DNA of 64,000 nucleotides, taken from positions 92,938,001 through 93,002,000 of the forward strand of contig OZ024746.1 of the NCBI GenBank assembly GCA_964016885.1. Direction: 5' to 3'. This document shows, piece by piece, positions 13,025 to 28,879 of the stretch. The stretch comes from Eledone cirrhosa. Taxonomy: Eukaryota. The notes under the pieces were generated by a model. It ran no database searches. It had not been told where the DNA came from and saw nothing but the letters and a program-made list of their open reading frames with translations. The position numbers and the translations under genes are program-made. Each line of letters opens with the position of its first letter. Positions within the stretch are counted from its first letter, which is position 1.

Positions 13025-13994
13025 ATGAGTATGTAGGCGTTCTTTGATTTCCTTTATATATATTGTTTTAATCAAATTGATATTTAACTCCGTTCCTGAA
13101 CTCGCCACAGGATTCAACATCCACAATGGATGAGTTGCACAACGCAGTGCTTTCCCTACTATTACATCATGATTAACTAAACAGAATAGCCAACTCTATA
13201 CATTGGTGAACCACAAAACATAAGTGTGTGTGTGTGGAGAGAGAGAGCTCAAACAGGTGCCAAAGTGTCCTTAGTTTTAATTCAAAATCCATTTGTTTAT
13301 CTAAAAACCTTCGATCATAATTTTATATCACTAAATACTTTCAAATTCTTGTTTATTTTCAAATTTATTCAAAAATCATAAGCAGTGCCTTTCATTAAAT
13401 ATTTCATAACAGAATGGTAAAGTTTGGTGAAGAAACCAAATATTTGTTCTGGTTTATGTGCTATGGTGTATGTATAATGGTAATTTAGTCACCAACACAC
13501 TACTTTGTTAAATATATTTTAACTAATTCTCTACAAAGGAGCTAGCTATATAAAACTCCACTTTTCTCTCTGTCTCTCTCTCCTCTCTCTCTCTCACCCT
13601 CTTGTCACCCCATTCTTTTGGTCTCTCTCTGTCAACATACACACACACCCTACCAGGGGGAAGTGATGATATAATTTGATATTTATTTTATGTGTCACAT
13701 CCAGGAAAAAAAACAAAAAAAACATACAGAAACCTTTTTATGGCATTGAAATATCAGATGTATGTATGTATACAGTTGTGTGGTGGTGTGTCTGTGTGTG
13801 CTTGCTTGGATGTATGTGGTGGTGTGTGTCTGTGTGTGTGCTTGCTTAGATGTATGTGGTGGTGTGTGTCTGTGTGCTTGCTTGGATGTATGTGGGAGCA
13901 TGGGAAGATGTGGGTGTGTGTATTGGTGCATGTGCATATGTAAAGTCTAAGAGAACTAATATTTCCATCATTGTTTTGTTTTTTTCTTCTTCGC

Positions 13995-14189
13995 CCACTT
14001 ATTCCTGAGAGGATCATAGGGGAAAATGCCTTAAAAACACTCCTTCCAGTGGGTCCTGTCAGAAGCAACTGTCTTTAGCTGGATACCCAAGTGAGACCAG
14101 CCAAGCTCATGGATGTTATCCAACCATCTTGCTCAGGGTTTACCCCTGGGTCTCTTGCCGGTTGGTTTTGGCTATAAAATTTCTCCATC

Positions 14190-14221
<32 letters not shown>

Positions 14222-14420
14222 CCTGAGACATTCTAACCACATGCCCATAGTATCAGAGCTGAGATCTCTCAATTTGGAGTAGTAGTGGCTCTCTGATCTC
14301 CTGAGGTATTCTAACCACATGACCATATTATCAGAACTGTGATGTCTCAATTCGGAGAAGTAGCGGCTCTACCTAGAGTGACTCTCTGATTTCCAAACTA
14401 CGTACTCAATCGAGTAATGT
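13995..14420 (-). mobile_element. Degenerate RTE (Expander/Rex3-like) 3' fragment with internal duplication
   Basis: Minus strand shows two copies of the ..SQL*YYGHV(V/A)RM.. segment and a PRGKP*ARWLDN-like end; same family as 46795-47115. Confidence 0.65.
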
Positions 14421-15768
14421 TACTCCAAAGATTTGGTGTTTTTGTGATTTTTTTTTTTTTATTTTTATCCTGCTGGATAAAGCTTTTATATTATTTTTTG
14501 TCAAGTTTTTCCTGATGCCAACTGTTACTTTTATCCATTTTATATCTGCTTTCCATGCTGTCATGGTTTGGGCAGGTCATCATGCTTTCTGAACCACATC
14601 TTGCTTGATGTCCTTTCTAACACCAACAACTTTACAGAAATGTACTGGGTACATATTATTGTGGCACCAACACTACCACTTTACATAATGTACTGGGTGT
14701 ATTTTATCATGGCACCATCACTACCACTTTACTGACTACACTGGTTACATTTCATTGTGGCACCAACACTACTACTCTAGAGTGTCCTGGGTGCATTTTA
14801 CCATTGCACCAACGCTGTTACTTTACTGAAAGTACTGCCTGTATTTTATTGTGGCACCTACATTATCACTTTAGAGAGTGACCTGGATGCATTTTGTTGG
14901 TGCACCAGAACTAGTCTGTCTGCTCTACATTTATCATCATCGCTGTTTAACTTATATTTTTTCACGCTACTATGGGTTAGATGAGTTGTCCTGATGTGAT
15001 ACAAGCCAGGTCAGATGACCATGTCTTGCTCATACAGAACTGATTTTGGCTTGATTTCTACAGCGGGATGCCCTTCCTAACACCAACCATATTTACATTG
15101 CATTATATTATTTATAAGTATGCTATGTATGACACATTTTTGTCAAAATTTTACACTGCGGATCATATTACTTTCACGAACATAAATAAATATCACCAGT
15201 TGCTTTAAGCATTGTCGATACACACACATATGATGGGCTTCTTCAGTTTCTGTGTACCAATTTTAACCACAAATCTGAGGTCAGCACGGTGCTATAGCAG
15301 AAGACATTTGCCAAAGTTACCACACCGGGATTGAACCCAGACTGATGTCGTGGTGAAGTGAAGTTGTTAACCACACAGCAAATCTGTGTTTAAATATCTA
15401 ATTAATTCATTAAGTCACTGTAATTAGTGATTGACAGCTGTAGGATTATTTCTCTGATGAATTCTTGTTTGTCATACTTCTGTCTTCTTTTCCAAACTGA
15501 TGTCTGACTTTTACTGTGAGTATATATGTGTGTGTACATGTATATATGTGGGTGTTTGTGTGTGTGAGGGAGTCTGTACATGTGTGTGTGAGGGAGTCTG
15601 TACATGTGTGTGTGTGTATGTGTAAGTGTATCTGAGTCTGTAAACACCACAGTCTCAATTCCTTCACTGTGTGTGTGTGTGTGTGTGTGTCTATACATTA
15701 CTATAAATATATTTGTCTTTATATCTGTTACATCTACCATACAGTAATGGACCTCTGTTGGTTTAGAT

Positions 15769-16061
15769 CAGAGGTTCTCAAAGTGGGCGCTTCCACCCCC
15801 TGGGGGCGTTAAGAAGGTCGGGGGGGGGGGGGGTAGAGATGATATAATAGTATATTAAATATCAAATGATACGTAGTATATATTATTTATTATATATAAA
15901 TTAACGATTTTATTTATTATATATTATTTACAATTTTCATGTAGGCAGGTCTTTCTGGAAATAGGGGTGGGTGGGGTGGTGGACTCTGACGGTATTATGT
16001 GGCTGTGAGAGGGGGGGGGGGGGGGGGGGGGGGTGACCCCCAAAAAGCTTGAGAGCCTCTA
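15769..16061. mobile_element. hAT (Charlie-like) MITE
   Basis: TIR CAGAGGTTCTCAAA / TTGAGAGCCTCTA; 8-bp TSD-like flanks GTTTAGAT / ATTTAGAT. Confidence 0.8.
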
Positions 16062-16508
16062 ATTTAGATGATCAGTGTTCCAGTTGTTTGATTAATAGGA
16101 TAGCCTGCTCATGAAATTAGCCTTCAAATGGCTGAGTATTCTTCAGATGCATATACCCATAACATAATTCTCAGGGAGATTTAGTATGACACAGTGTAAT
16201 GTTATAAGGCTGACTCTTTCAATGACAGTTACAGTCCACCCAACAGGCTTCCTAACTATTTTCCTCTATACAATTTTACTCACAAGGTTTGGATCTATCT
16301 GAGGCTATGGTAAATGATACTTGTCCAAGATACCATACTGTGGTATTGAACCTGGGTTAGGGTTAGGACCTAATGATTGTGAAGTGAGCACCGTAACCAT
16401 TCAGCCATGCTCTGTGAAAAGGGAAAGTTGACATTACATAATGATATCACACTGTGTGGAAATATTTTAGTTTGTTTTAATGCTTTGATTTTATGTTCCA
16501 TGTTTTAA

Positions 16509-16713
16509 CCCTTTAGCATTTAAACCGGCTGTATCTGTCCAGAATTCTCTCACCTCTTTCTGTTCAAACTGGCTGTAACCGGCCGCTCATACTGATGTAA
16601 AGGTATTGTTCTCAAAATAAATATCAAAATCTCATAGATTCGATATTATGTGAAATAAAGCCTTTACTGTGAAAATATAATAGTAAATATAGAGTAATGT
16701 AAATGCTAAAGGG
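16509..16713. mobile_element. piggyBac-like MITE, same family
   Basis: Same TIRs; TTAA/TTAG flanks. Further copies at ~37719-37939, 50332-50535, 58752-58956 and partial ones at ~9115, 33905, 40790, 48680. Confidence 0.85.
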
Positions 16714-17084
16714 TTAGTCTTTTATAGAACTTGGGTGTCTGAAATGTGGGATGGTCACCACCCTCACACACATACTTGGATGCAAACACATACGCTAATC
16801 TTCATTTCGACACTTCCCCATACGCTCATTTCCAATTGTTATGTGTACACTGTTTGTAAAGCATCCCAATTAGTTGATGATAAAGGTTTCAATAATAATA
16901 ATCATTTATTTTCTAGAACTTGTTTTGATATGAATAGGAATCTGAACAAATACTATCTACTGCTGATGATGCTGCAAACCCCTACCATCATCAACGCTGC
17001 TACTCTATTGATGTCTAATGGTACAGGAGTGACCACAAGTGAATCATCACAGCTGTCATTCAACCCATGCTTTACAAAATGTAC

Positions 17085-17590
17085 TGGGTGCATTTTATCA
17101 TGACACCAGCACTGGAGAGGTTATCAAGTCCTTGATATGACTAAACAATACTCTCTACTCTGCCCTATGTTGTCTCCAATTGTCTACCATGGGTACATTT
17201 TATCATGACACCAGCACTAGAGGCTGTCATGTAGTTGACATACTAAACAATATTTTCTACTCTACCCTGTATTATCTCCAATTGTCAACCACGGGGTATA
17301 TTTTATCATGACCCAGCATTGGTGAGGCCATCATGTAGTTGACATATTAAACAATACTCTCTACTCTACCCTATGTTGGCTCCAATTGTCTACCATAGGT
17401 ACATTTTATCATGACCCAGCATTGGTGAGGCAGTCATGTAGCTGACATATTAAACAATACTCTCTACTCTACCCTATGTTGGCTCCAATTGTCTACCATA
17501 GGTACATTTTATCATGACCCAGCATTGGTGAGGCAGTCATGTAGCTGACATATTAAACAACTCTACCCTATGTTGTCTCTAATTGTCACA
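17085..17590. repeat. ~103-105-bp tandem repeat, ~5 units
   Basis: (c/t)attttatcatga recurs at 17091, 17196, 17299, 17402, 17505. Confidence 0.9.
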
Positions 17591-17931
17591 CTCACACTTT
17601 ACAGTGTACTGTATATATGAATATAATGATTGTGATGATGATGATGATGATGATGATGAAAGATGTGCCTTGGTAGTTTAATTTGAAGTATTATAGTGAT
17701 TGTGTTAGAATATTAGGATTTCTGTAAAAGATCTCGTAAATATGTGGGATTATGTCCATAAACAATAGCTTCTTGTCAATACAGGTGAATATTGTTAATA
17801 TGAAAAAAACAAACAACACATAAAAAGATAAATGGAAACTTAAATAAAGTTAATACTTATTCTGATTAAATATTTATTGTAGTATAATAGGTGATGGCTT
17901 TGTTACATTTTTATATTTAACTTGAATATCC

Positions 17932-18120
17932 CTGGTTACTGCACTCTGTTTCAACTGGTTACAACGTTGCACACTGTTTCAACTGGTTACAACGTTGCAC
18001 ACTTTCAACTGGTTACAACGTTGCACTCTGTTTCAACTGGTTACAACATTGCACTCTGTTTCAACTGGTTACAACATTGCACTCTGTTTCAACTGGTTAC
18101 AACATTGCACACTGTTTCAA
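17932..18120. repeat. 28-bp minisatellite, ~6.5 units
   Basis: Unit TGCACTCTGTTTCAACTGGTTACAACAT. Confidence 0.92.
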
Positions 18121-19435
18121 TTAGTGTCTGTCGTTCCATGGTGGCATGGACAAGGAGTACCTCATAGCATCTCACTATATTCAGCAGCAGAGAAAACTGT
18201 CCATATTGTGAATATCTTTATGACAGAACTAAAGAGCCCCTCTACCCTGGACCAATTCTTACTCGAGTATACTGACCATCCTTGCTGGGTCGCCTATCCT
18301 GGTGTTTACAGAGTTGACATCAACAACATTCTTTCCTTTTTTTTCTTTTTCACATAAAAGTAAAGAAAAGGAGCTGATTGTCAGATTGGTCCAATGAAAC
18401 AATGTTTCTATTGGTCTTTCCATTTCTCATAATAGCTGCCAGTCCTAATTCTTCACAGAAAGAGGTGAGATATGGATTTAAATGCACAAACCTGGATCAG
18501 ATACTGCAAAACATCCCACCCAACTATTTAACAATTCCACCAATCCACTGTCCCTGAAATGGTACTTCATTTATCGACAGCAAAAGATGAAGGGGAAAGT
18601 TAACTTCAATAGGATTTTAACTACAAGCATATAATGAACCTAAATAAATATTGAAGCAATTAATCCAGTGTTTTGCAAATTGATTCTCTTTCCTAACACT
18701 AACCACTTTACAGAGTGGACTGGGTGAATTTTATTGTGGTACCAGCACTAATGAATCTGTCTACAGAGGTCCCCTCTCTATCTCTTATTAGTCTGAAATC
18801 TGCTCTGGTTCTTTCAAATTGTTTATTTTAAAGTTCATCTAAAAACCTTCCATCATAATTTTATGTAAGAAATCCCTCCAAATTGTTGACTATTTTCAAA
18901 TTTGAAAGCCATAAGCTGTATCTTTCATTAGAAATATGGCAATAAAGGGAATGAATTGTTTATATATATCTAAAAACCTTCCATCATAATTTTATGTAGG
19001 GATCTTTGTTTCAAACACCAGCTTAATAAGAAAGTTGCATGTATTAATAAATCCCCAAAACTGTTCATTATTTCCAAAATAGTCTGAAAATCATAGGTAT
19101 TGGTGGTGATGGTAGTCATGACATGATGTTGATGATATTTTGATATGGTTGATAAACTTTTATCTCCCATAGCAAAGGAAGTAGGTTCAATCAGTTTTCT
19201 CAGTTAGATTTAGTAGTAAATCTGGTTTCAGTAGAGTGGAAGGGAAATTCTATATGAGCAGAGCGTCAGAGAGTTCTGCCATCTGTATTTTTCTGTTTTA
19301 ACCATATTTCTTCCATAGGGGGTGGACATTCTAGGTTAATGACATTCAGAAGTTTGGTTTGGAACTTTGGCTAATATTTTCTCTAATCTTATTACCTCTG
19401 TTGTATTTTCATTTGGTTTTATTTCATAACATTAA

Positions 19436-19499
<64 letters not shown>

Positions 19500-19508
19500 C
19501 ATGTTTAC

Positions 19509-20153
19509 TCGAGAGAAGGCTACGTTGGTATGGACACGTGATGCGCATGAAAGTCGATAGCTGTATAACAAAGTGCAGGGCAATAAAGATAGACGGTAGT
19601 CACGGAATAGGCAGACCTAGAAAAACCTGGGACGAGCTGATAAACTCCGACATCACACACTTACACCTCTCCAAGACAATGTCACTGGACCGAGACCTTT
19701 GGCGGTACTCAGTAACAGAGAAGACCCGCCTTACCTAAATATATAGTAAAACCTACTCCAGCCAGTAGGCATCTCTAACAAAATACACCCCGTCCCACCA
19801 CCACCACCCCCACCCGATCCACACCACCCCCACCCGATCCACACCACCCCGTTCTATGTAAAGCTATGTTGGTGCCGCGCCATCGAGGCCGAAACAAATG
19901 AGATCGTGTAGGTGTCACGACAAAAAAACACAGTCCACGCTGTAATGTGGCCGTGTAGGCAACACGGTAAAAACCTCCCAGACCCACACTGTAAATGTGG
20001 TTGGTGTTAGGAAGGGCATCCAACTGTAGAAAACCTGCCAGACAGTCCTATGCGAGCAAGACAATCACTCTTGCCTCAAGTGGGACTACCCCCGTCCAAA
20101 CCCATGCAAGCGTGGAACACGGACGTTAAACGTTGATGATGATGATGATGATG
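19509..20153 (+). mobile_element. Short 5'-truncated RTE LINE of a related subfamily
   Basis: ERRLRWYGHVMRMKVDSCITKC...GRPRKTWDE to stop 19738; similar 3' UTR; tail ggacgttaaacgt(tga)n. Confidence 0.88.
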
Positions 20154-20192
20154 ATATATATATATAATATATATAATATATATATATATATA

Positions 20193-21200
20193 TGTCTCTG
20201 CCCCAAATGCAAACAATGGGTACACAAGAGATGTAGCGGGATCTCAGGAAGCTTAATTAAGAATGTAGGATTCACATGCAGCAGCTGTGCTGAAACAGCA
20301 AGCAAACAGCCACAGGAAACAAGTACCACCAATCTCTGGGAGGGCCCTGTAGAAACAGTAGACAGCTTCTGCTACCTAGGTGACCGAATTAGCAACGGAG
20401 GTGGGTGCTCAGAAAGTACAATAACTAGGGTAAGAACGGGATGGAAGAAGTTTAGGGAACTACTACCACTGCTAGCTGCAAAAGGCTTCTCCCTCAGAAT
20501 GAAAGGCAGACTGTATGATGCGTGTATCCGAACAGCGATGTTGCATGGTAGTGAGACCTGGGCGCTGAAGGTGGAAGACTTACGTAGATTAGAGAGAAAC
20601 GAAGCCTGCATGCTCCGATGGATGTGTAACAGTAATATACGTGAACGACAAAGCATAAAGGAATTGAGAGAGAGACTGAGCATAAGAGGAATCAAATGCT
20701 GCGTGCAGGAGAGGCGGTTACGCTGGTATGGACATGTGATGCGTATGAAGGATGACAGCTGCATAAAAAGGTGCAGAGCACTAGAAGTTGATGGAAACCG
20801 CGGAGTGGGGAGACCCAAGATGACTTGGGATGAGGTGATAAAAGCTGACCTTCCCCAACTACACCTCTCAAAGTCAATGACACACGACCGTGACTTCTGG
20901 CGTCACGCAGTAATACAGGGTACCCGACCTCCCATGGGTACATGCTGAAGCATATAAACAATATGCCCCCACTCCCCCCACCGCAAGGTGGTCGTGGAGG
21001 TGCCACGGCAAAAAAGCACCCAGCCCACACTGTAAAGTGGACGTGTAGGCGCCACGAAAAAGCACCCAGCACTCACTGTAAATGAGGTTGGTGTTAGGAA
21101 GGGCATCCAGCTGTAGAAATCAAGCCAGAATCAGTTCCTGTCCCACCCTTGCAAGCAGGGAAAAGCGGACGTAAAATGAAATGATAATGATGATGATGAT
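20193..21200 (+). mobile_element. 5'-truncated RTE-clade LINE; ORF fragment 20193-20948, 3' UTR and (TGA)n tail
   Basis: Uninterrupted ~250-aa frame with late RT/thumb motifs FCYLGD, HGSETW, RRLRWYGHVMR, GRPKMTW. 3' UTR ends gcggacgtaaaatga(tga)n. Confidence 0.92.
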
Positions 21201-21493
21201 GATGTATATATATATGTATGTATGTGTATGTATGTATGTATGTATATGTATGTATGTATGTATATATATGTATATATATATGTATATTTGTATATATATG
21301 TTTGTATATATATGTTTGTACATATATATATGTTTGTATATATATATATATGTTTGTATATATATATATGTATATCATCATCATCGTTTAACGTCCATGT
21401 TCCACGCTTGCATGGGTTTGGAGTATATATGTATATATATATGTGTATGTATGTATGTATGTATATGTATGTATGTATGTATATGTATGTATG

Positions 21494-21529
<36 letters not shown>

Positions 21530-21666
21530 TGTATGTATGTATGTATGTATGTATGTGTATGTATGTATGTATGTATGTATGTATGTATGTATGTATATAT
21601 ATATGTATGTATGTATGTATGTATATATATATATATGTATGTATATATATATGTATGTATGTATGT

Positions 21667-22301
21667 CAGGTCACCAGTTGGTGCTACTGGTAACATGTAT
21701 CCCAGTACAACCTGTCTCATGGTCGGGTCGTTGGCGACTAAACTGGCAACCCCACCAAGGTTTCTTGGTGAGGAGGGTGACTTTGGACATCCTGCAGGAC
21801 TAAAAACAAAACCTGTCAAAGGGCAAAGGAGCTCTTAAGAGTCAATGGCCATCCAAAATCACCGGGAGAGATGACCCCTTTAGCCTTAGTCAAGGCAGAA
21901 TTCTAGGAGAAGGAAAACTCTGATATAACACCTGCAACCCTGATGGTATCCAATGATGTTGACTTGTTCTTCTTTTTGGTAAATAGCATCTTGGTTAAGA
22001 GAGTGGGACTGGCTTTGTGCAGTGCCTTTGCTCACTATAAAAGCTTCACGGCACAGGCATTGCTTTATATCTGGAGATCTCTCTGCACTTGTCCTCACAT
22101 GGGCCCAGCACTATGTGTCAATAATTGTCCTACCATGGGCCTAGCACTATGTGTCAATAATTGTCACAGGTGTAGTGTTTGTACCAGAGGTTTCAAGTCG
22201 CTGGCTGGACTAAAAAGTCACACTCGTTCAGCGCTTCGGTAGGGGTTATCCTACATGGATGTAAAGTAGTGGCCGTACTCGAAAACGAGTTGGCAGCCAC
22301 C
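21667..22301 (+). mobile_element. Non-autonomous bipartite RTE-derived element, copy 1
   Basis: RTE 5'-UTR-type motif GGAGAAGGAAAACTCTGA (21906-21923), no EN/RT, 3' part encodes the RTE C-terminal zinc finger [19 protein letters not shown], 3' stem-loop actcgaaaacgagt, then (TATG)n tail. Confidence 0.7.
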
Positions 22302-24277
<1,976 letters not shown>

Positions 24278-24279
24278 GC

Positions 24280-24882
24280 CAGGTCACCAGTTGGTGCTAC
24301 TGGTAACATGTATCCCAGTACAACCTGTCTCATGGTCGGGTCGTTGGCGACTAAACTGGCAACCCCACCAAGGTTTCTTGGTGAGGAGGGTGACTTTGGA
24401 CATCCTACAGGACTAAAAACAAAACCTGTCAAAAGGGCAAAGGAGCTCTTAAGAGTCAATGGCCATCTAAAATCACCGGGAGAGATGACCCCTTAGCCTT
24501 TGTCAAGGCAGAATTCTAGGAGAAGGAAAACTGATATAACACCTGCAACCCTGATGGTATCCAATGATGTTGACTTGTTCTTCTTTTTGGTAAATATCAT
24601 CTTGGTTAAGAGAGTGGGACTGGCTTTGTGCATTGCCTTTGCTCACTATAAAAGCTTCACAGCACAGGCATTGCTTTATATCTGGAGATCTCTCTGCACT
24701 TGTCATCACGTGGTACCATGGGCCCAACACTATGTGTCAATAATTGTCACAAGTGTAGTGATTGTGCCAGTTTTCAAGTCGCGAGCTGGACTAAAAAGTC
24801 ACACTCGTTCAGCGCATCGGAAGGGGTTCTCCTACATGGATATAAAGTAGTGGCCGTACTCGAAAACGAGTTGGCAGCCACC
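24280..24882 (+). mobile_element. Non-autonomous bipartite RTE-derived element, copy 2
   Basis: Collinear and highly similar to 21667-22301 with the same ends; differs by scattered substitutions and small indels. Confidence 0.7.
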
Positions 24883-25125
24883 ATGTATATATATATGTAT
24901 GTATATATGTATGTATATGTATGTATGTATGTATATATATATATGTATGTATGTGTATGTATGTATGTATGTATATGTATGTATGTATGTATATGTATAT
25001 GTATGTATGTATGTATATATGTATGTATGTATATATATATGTATGTATATATATATGTATGTATATATATATGTATGTATATATATATGTATGTATATAT
25101 ATATGTATGTATATATATATGTATG

Positions 25126-25165
<40 letters not shown>

Positions 25166-25198
25166 TATGTATATATATATATGTATATATATATATGT

Positions 25199-25239
<41 letters not shown>

Positions 25240-25272
25240 TATGTATATATATGTATGTATATATATATATGT

Positions 25273-25338
<66 letters not shown>

Positions 25339-25661
25339 GTATATATATATATATGTATGTATGTATATATGTATGTATGTATGTATGTATATGTATGTTT
25401 GTATGTATATGTATGTTTGTATGTATATGTATGTATGTGTATGTATGTATATGTATGTATGTATATATATATATGTATGTATATATGTATGTATGTATAT
25501 ATATATATGTATGTGTATATGTGTGTATATATGTATATGTATGTATGTATATAGTAATAATAATAAGTTTCAGAAGATCCCGTTAAGGGTGAAAGCAGCG
25601 ATTCTTTGCTTAAACTTTAATCTGTTATTTTAATAAGTATATATATATATATATATATATA

Positions 25662-25766
<105 letters not shown>

Positions 25767-27496
25767 CGGAAGAATGAGACTAACAGTAATAATGATGAAT
25801 CTTATCTAGTGTTGATTTACATAAAATGAGGATATATATGTATCATCATCATCATTTTTACATCTGTCCACTTTTTCATGCTGGCATGGGTCGGACAAGT
25901 TGTCTTGAGACTGTTTTATAGCCAGATGCTTTTTTTTTTTTTTTTATGCTAACCCATTTAGTCACCTTTTAGACATGCTGGGATATGGTGTACCTCCTCT
26001 AAACCTAATCCCCACCTCCTCGAGTTGCACAGCATTATTTGTGTGTGCCCGTATGTGCGCATGCACGAGTGGAGTTCACAGGAATAGAACCATGGACTGA
26101 AAGATCTCGAAACAAAGAGATACATGACCTGAACAGAAACAACTACAAAATGTTGAAATATTCTACAGATGAAAGCAACTCTGTTGGGGGCCACAACAAA
26201 CTTCTATTTCTAAGGCCGGCTGACAGTTTTGAATATTACAAAATTAATCTGCTTGCCATCCTGTTGAACACAATCTTAAATACACAAAGCAACTGTCTAC
26301 TATTATAGGGCTGATATAGTTATTACAAGCTAATATTTTTCTTATTTATATCTTTAAACTTGCCTTCTTCCTACTTGTAGTTTGGTCTAGGCACATTGTA
26401 ATTTTCTCTTTATTTATTTTATTTTTTTCTAGCTTCAATCATTAGACTGTGGCCATGCTGGGACACACTGCCTTGAAGTGATTCAATTAGTCAATTACAT
26501 TAATCTTAGTACTTTTTTTTCTTTCAAAATTGTTACTTATTTTATTGATCTCATTTTCTGAATTGCTAGGTTACAGGACATAAACAAGCAGTAAACATAC
26601 ACACACACGACAGACTTCCATACAGTTTCTGTCTACCAAACTTCATTCTCAAGACATTGGTCAATCTGATGCCACAGTAGTAGACACTTTCCCTGGTGCT
26701 ATGAAATGGGAAACCATGTAGTTGTGAAGTAAACACCTTAACCACATAGCCATTCCTACTGTCTACCTGGATACTTATCATTCTTCAAACTTCTTTCTGT
26801 TCATTTCTTTTTTCTTTATCCATTGACCATGACAGAAGCAATTCTCAGTATATATTGATTGATTCAGTTAGTCATCTGTTGGTTGGGTTTCTGACATCAG
26901 TGATAGTGGGGACCGCAAACAAATAGCAGATTGCCATTGAAAGTCGATAACCTTAGCCAATATCATTGATTTCTGATGTCCAACATAAAATACATCTTCC
27001 CCATTCAATCTTGTCAGTTTGCTACTACAGTAGGTGAAGTAACTTCTGTCTACTGCTGTTTTTTGTCTTTTTTTTTTTGCTCTCTTTGTTTCTTTGTCTG
27101 CACTTATATAATAATAACATCCATCCATCCATGTATTGATTTCTCTTAATTCTTACTGTTTGGTTTGTTACTGATAAATAAGCTCAGCTATTCTTTCTAT
27201 GAACTAACAATAACAATTACGTTTTTGTTTGTCTTCTCATCAGTCGGCATGACTAATTCAACAGACAATACATTTTACACATGCTGGTTCTTGGTTCAAG
27301 TTCACTTTGATGATGTAATCTAAAATGCTGTAATCCAACAACAGAAACAACAATAATAATAATCATTTTAATGCCATTTTCCATGGCTAAAGCCTCATAA
27401 TTATTGGGTCTTTTTTGAGTTAATGTTTTACAGCCAGATGCCCTTCCTGGTACTAACATTTGTAGTCACAACATGCAGGGTATAGTGTACCTATTC

Positions 27497-27630
27497 TAAA
27501 CAGAAATAACAACACAATCGGTACAGTATATGAAAGGAATATATTAGTTTAACGCTTGAAATAGCAGGAAGAGAGTCTTAACGTTTCAAACACTAGTCCT
27601 TCATCAGAAGAAAGAATGAGAAATAAGATA
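27497..27630 (-). mobile_element. Penelope-like pLTR-derived short repeat (copy 3)
   Basis: Hammerhead motif plus shared tail ctctcttcctgctatttcaagcgttaaactaatata on the minus strand. Confidence 0.55.
27576..27611 (-). ncRNA. Minimal type-I hammerhead ribozyme motif (Penelope-like), best-preserved copy
   Basis: Minus strand reads TCTT-CTGATGA-A-GGAC-TAGT-GTTT-GAAA-CG-TT-AAGA: stem I TCTT/AAGA, core CUGAUGA and GAAA, stem II GGAC/GUUU, short palindromic ACGU stem III, GUU cleavage triplet. Confidence 0.6.
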
Positions 27631-27731
27631 GATTGAAGGGACGGGCTGGGCAGGGTTGGAAAAAATGTTTTTAGAGAAAAATAACAGGTTGATTCATTTT
27701 GCTATCTCTTGGGGAAAAAAAAAAATATATA

Positions 27732-28499
27732 TATGCTGAATTTGCCGACGACATAGTTTTGGTGACAAATACAGTGAAGGAGGCAGAGGATTTGATGCAG
27801 GAGGTTGAGACTGTGTCGGTGAGTGTGGGGCTGAGAATGAATGAGACTAAAACAAAATATCTGGTAGAGAATGTTGAGAAGCCAGAGGGGATCACTAATG
27901 TAGGCGGGAAGCCGCTAGAATTGGTTGAGGACTTCCTGTATTTGGGAGCAAAGATTGGGAATACAGAGGATGATGTGGTTGAGAGGAAGAGCAAAGCATG
28001 GGCGGCGTGCCACAGCTTGAGATCGGTGTGGAAGTCGGACCTTCGTAAAGACCTGAAAATCCGCCTCTTCATTGCTGTAGTGGAGTCTGTGCTGCTGTAC
28101 GGGTCTGAGACTTGGACACTGACCAAGAAACTCACTCAGATGGTGGATGGGTGCTACATGAGAATGCTGAGAATGGCTCTGAACATTAATCAGTATACAC
28201 TGAGGATGAAAAACTCAGAGCTGTATAGGAGCCTCCCAAAAGTCAGCTCAAAAGTGACACAGAGGAGACTGAGGTTAGCTGGACATGCTCACTGACATCC
28301 AGAGTTGACATTGCACTCAGTGCTCCTGTGGGAGCCCCTACATGGACACACTGGAAGAGGAAGACCAAGGTTAACGTATGTTGATGCCCTAAGGACAGAC
28401 ACTGGTCTGTTGGAGATGCAGGACATGGCAGCGATGATGAGGGACAGAGACCGTTGGAGAGAACTCGTCCATGGATCTCAGGAATTTTACCCACCCTAG
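27732..28499 (+). mobile_element. 5'-truncated RTE-clade LINE, distinct subfamily, pseudogenised
   Basis: FADD catalytic motif, GLRMNETKT, FLYLG, LLYGSETW, RRLRLAGH. In-frame TGA at 28293-28295 (likely CGA>TGA), then GRGRPRLTYVD. Confidence 0.9.
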
Positions 28500-28879
28500 A
28501 AATATATAAATCAGGATAGAACCAGTTTAAAATTAGTTAGACCATTACTCAACAGAGTACTCAATACTTGAAGTAGTAGAATAAGGTGATATTAAACAGT
28601 TGGGACCTGATGGCTGCGCTCTTTCTATTTCAACTGCTAGTTTTGGAACTAGCTGTTGAAATGGCAAAAGCTCAGCTGTTGGGCCCCGACTGTTTACAAT
28701 ATATATATTTATACATTCTATGTTGTATTTCTGCTCTGTAGTATATCTGATATGTTACATTGAGCTAATTTTCTTACTGGTAACTGGGTAATACAAAATA
28801 TTACCCTTATTTATAATTGTATATAGATTATATATATAAGTATAAATATTATTATTAATATTATTATTTATATATATAT

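Noticed and set aside
13085-13172. tRNA-His-like stretch on the minus strand (CTGCGTTGTG..TTGAATCC)
   Set aside because: Too degenerate to fold as a cloverleaf; at most a decayed tRNA-derived head.
16353-16367. GGGTTAGGGTTAGG telomere-like motif
   Set aside because: Only about two units inside a SINE remnant.
21685-21790. Twister ribozyme reading of the bipartite RTE leader (TAA..GAGGG)
   Set aside because: The conserved L4 loop and pseudoknot pairings could not be assigned.
26039-26308. 89-aa ORF in apparently unique sequence
   Set aside because: No recognisable motif or splice signals.
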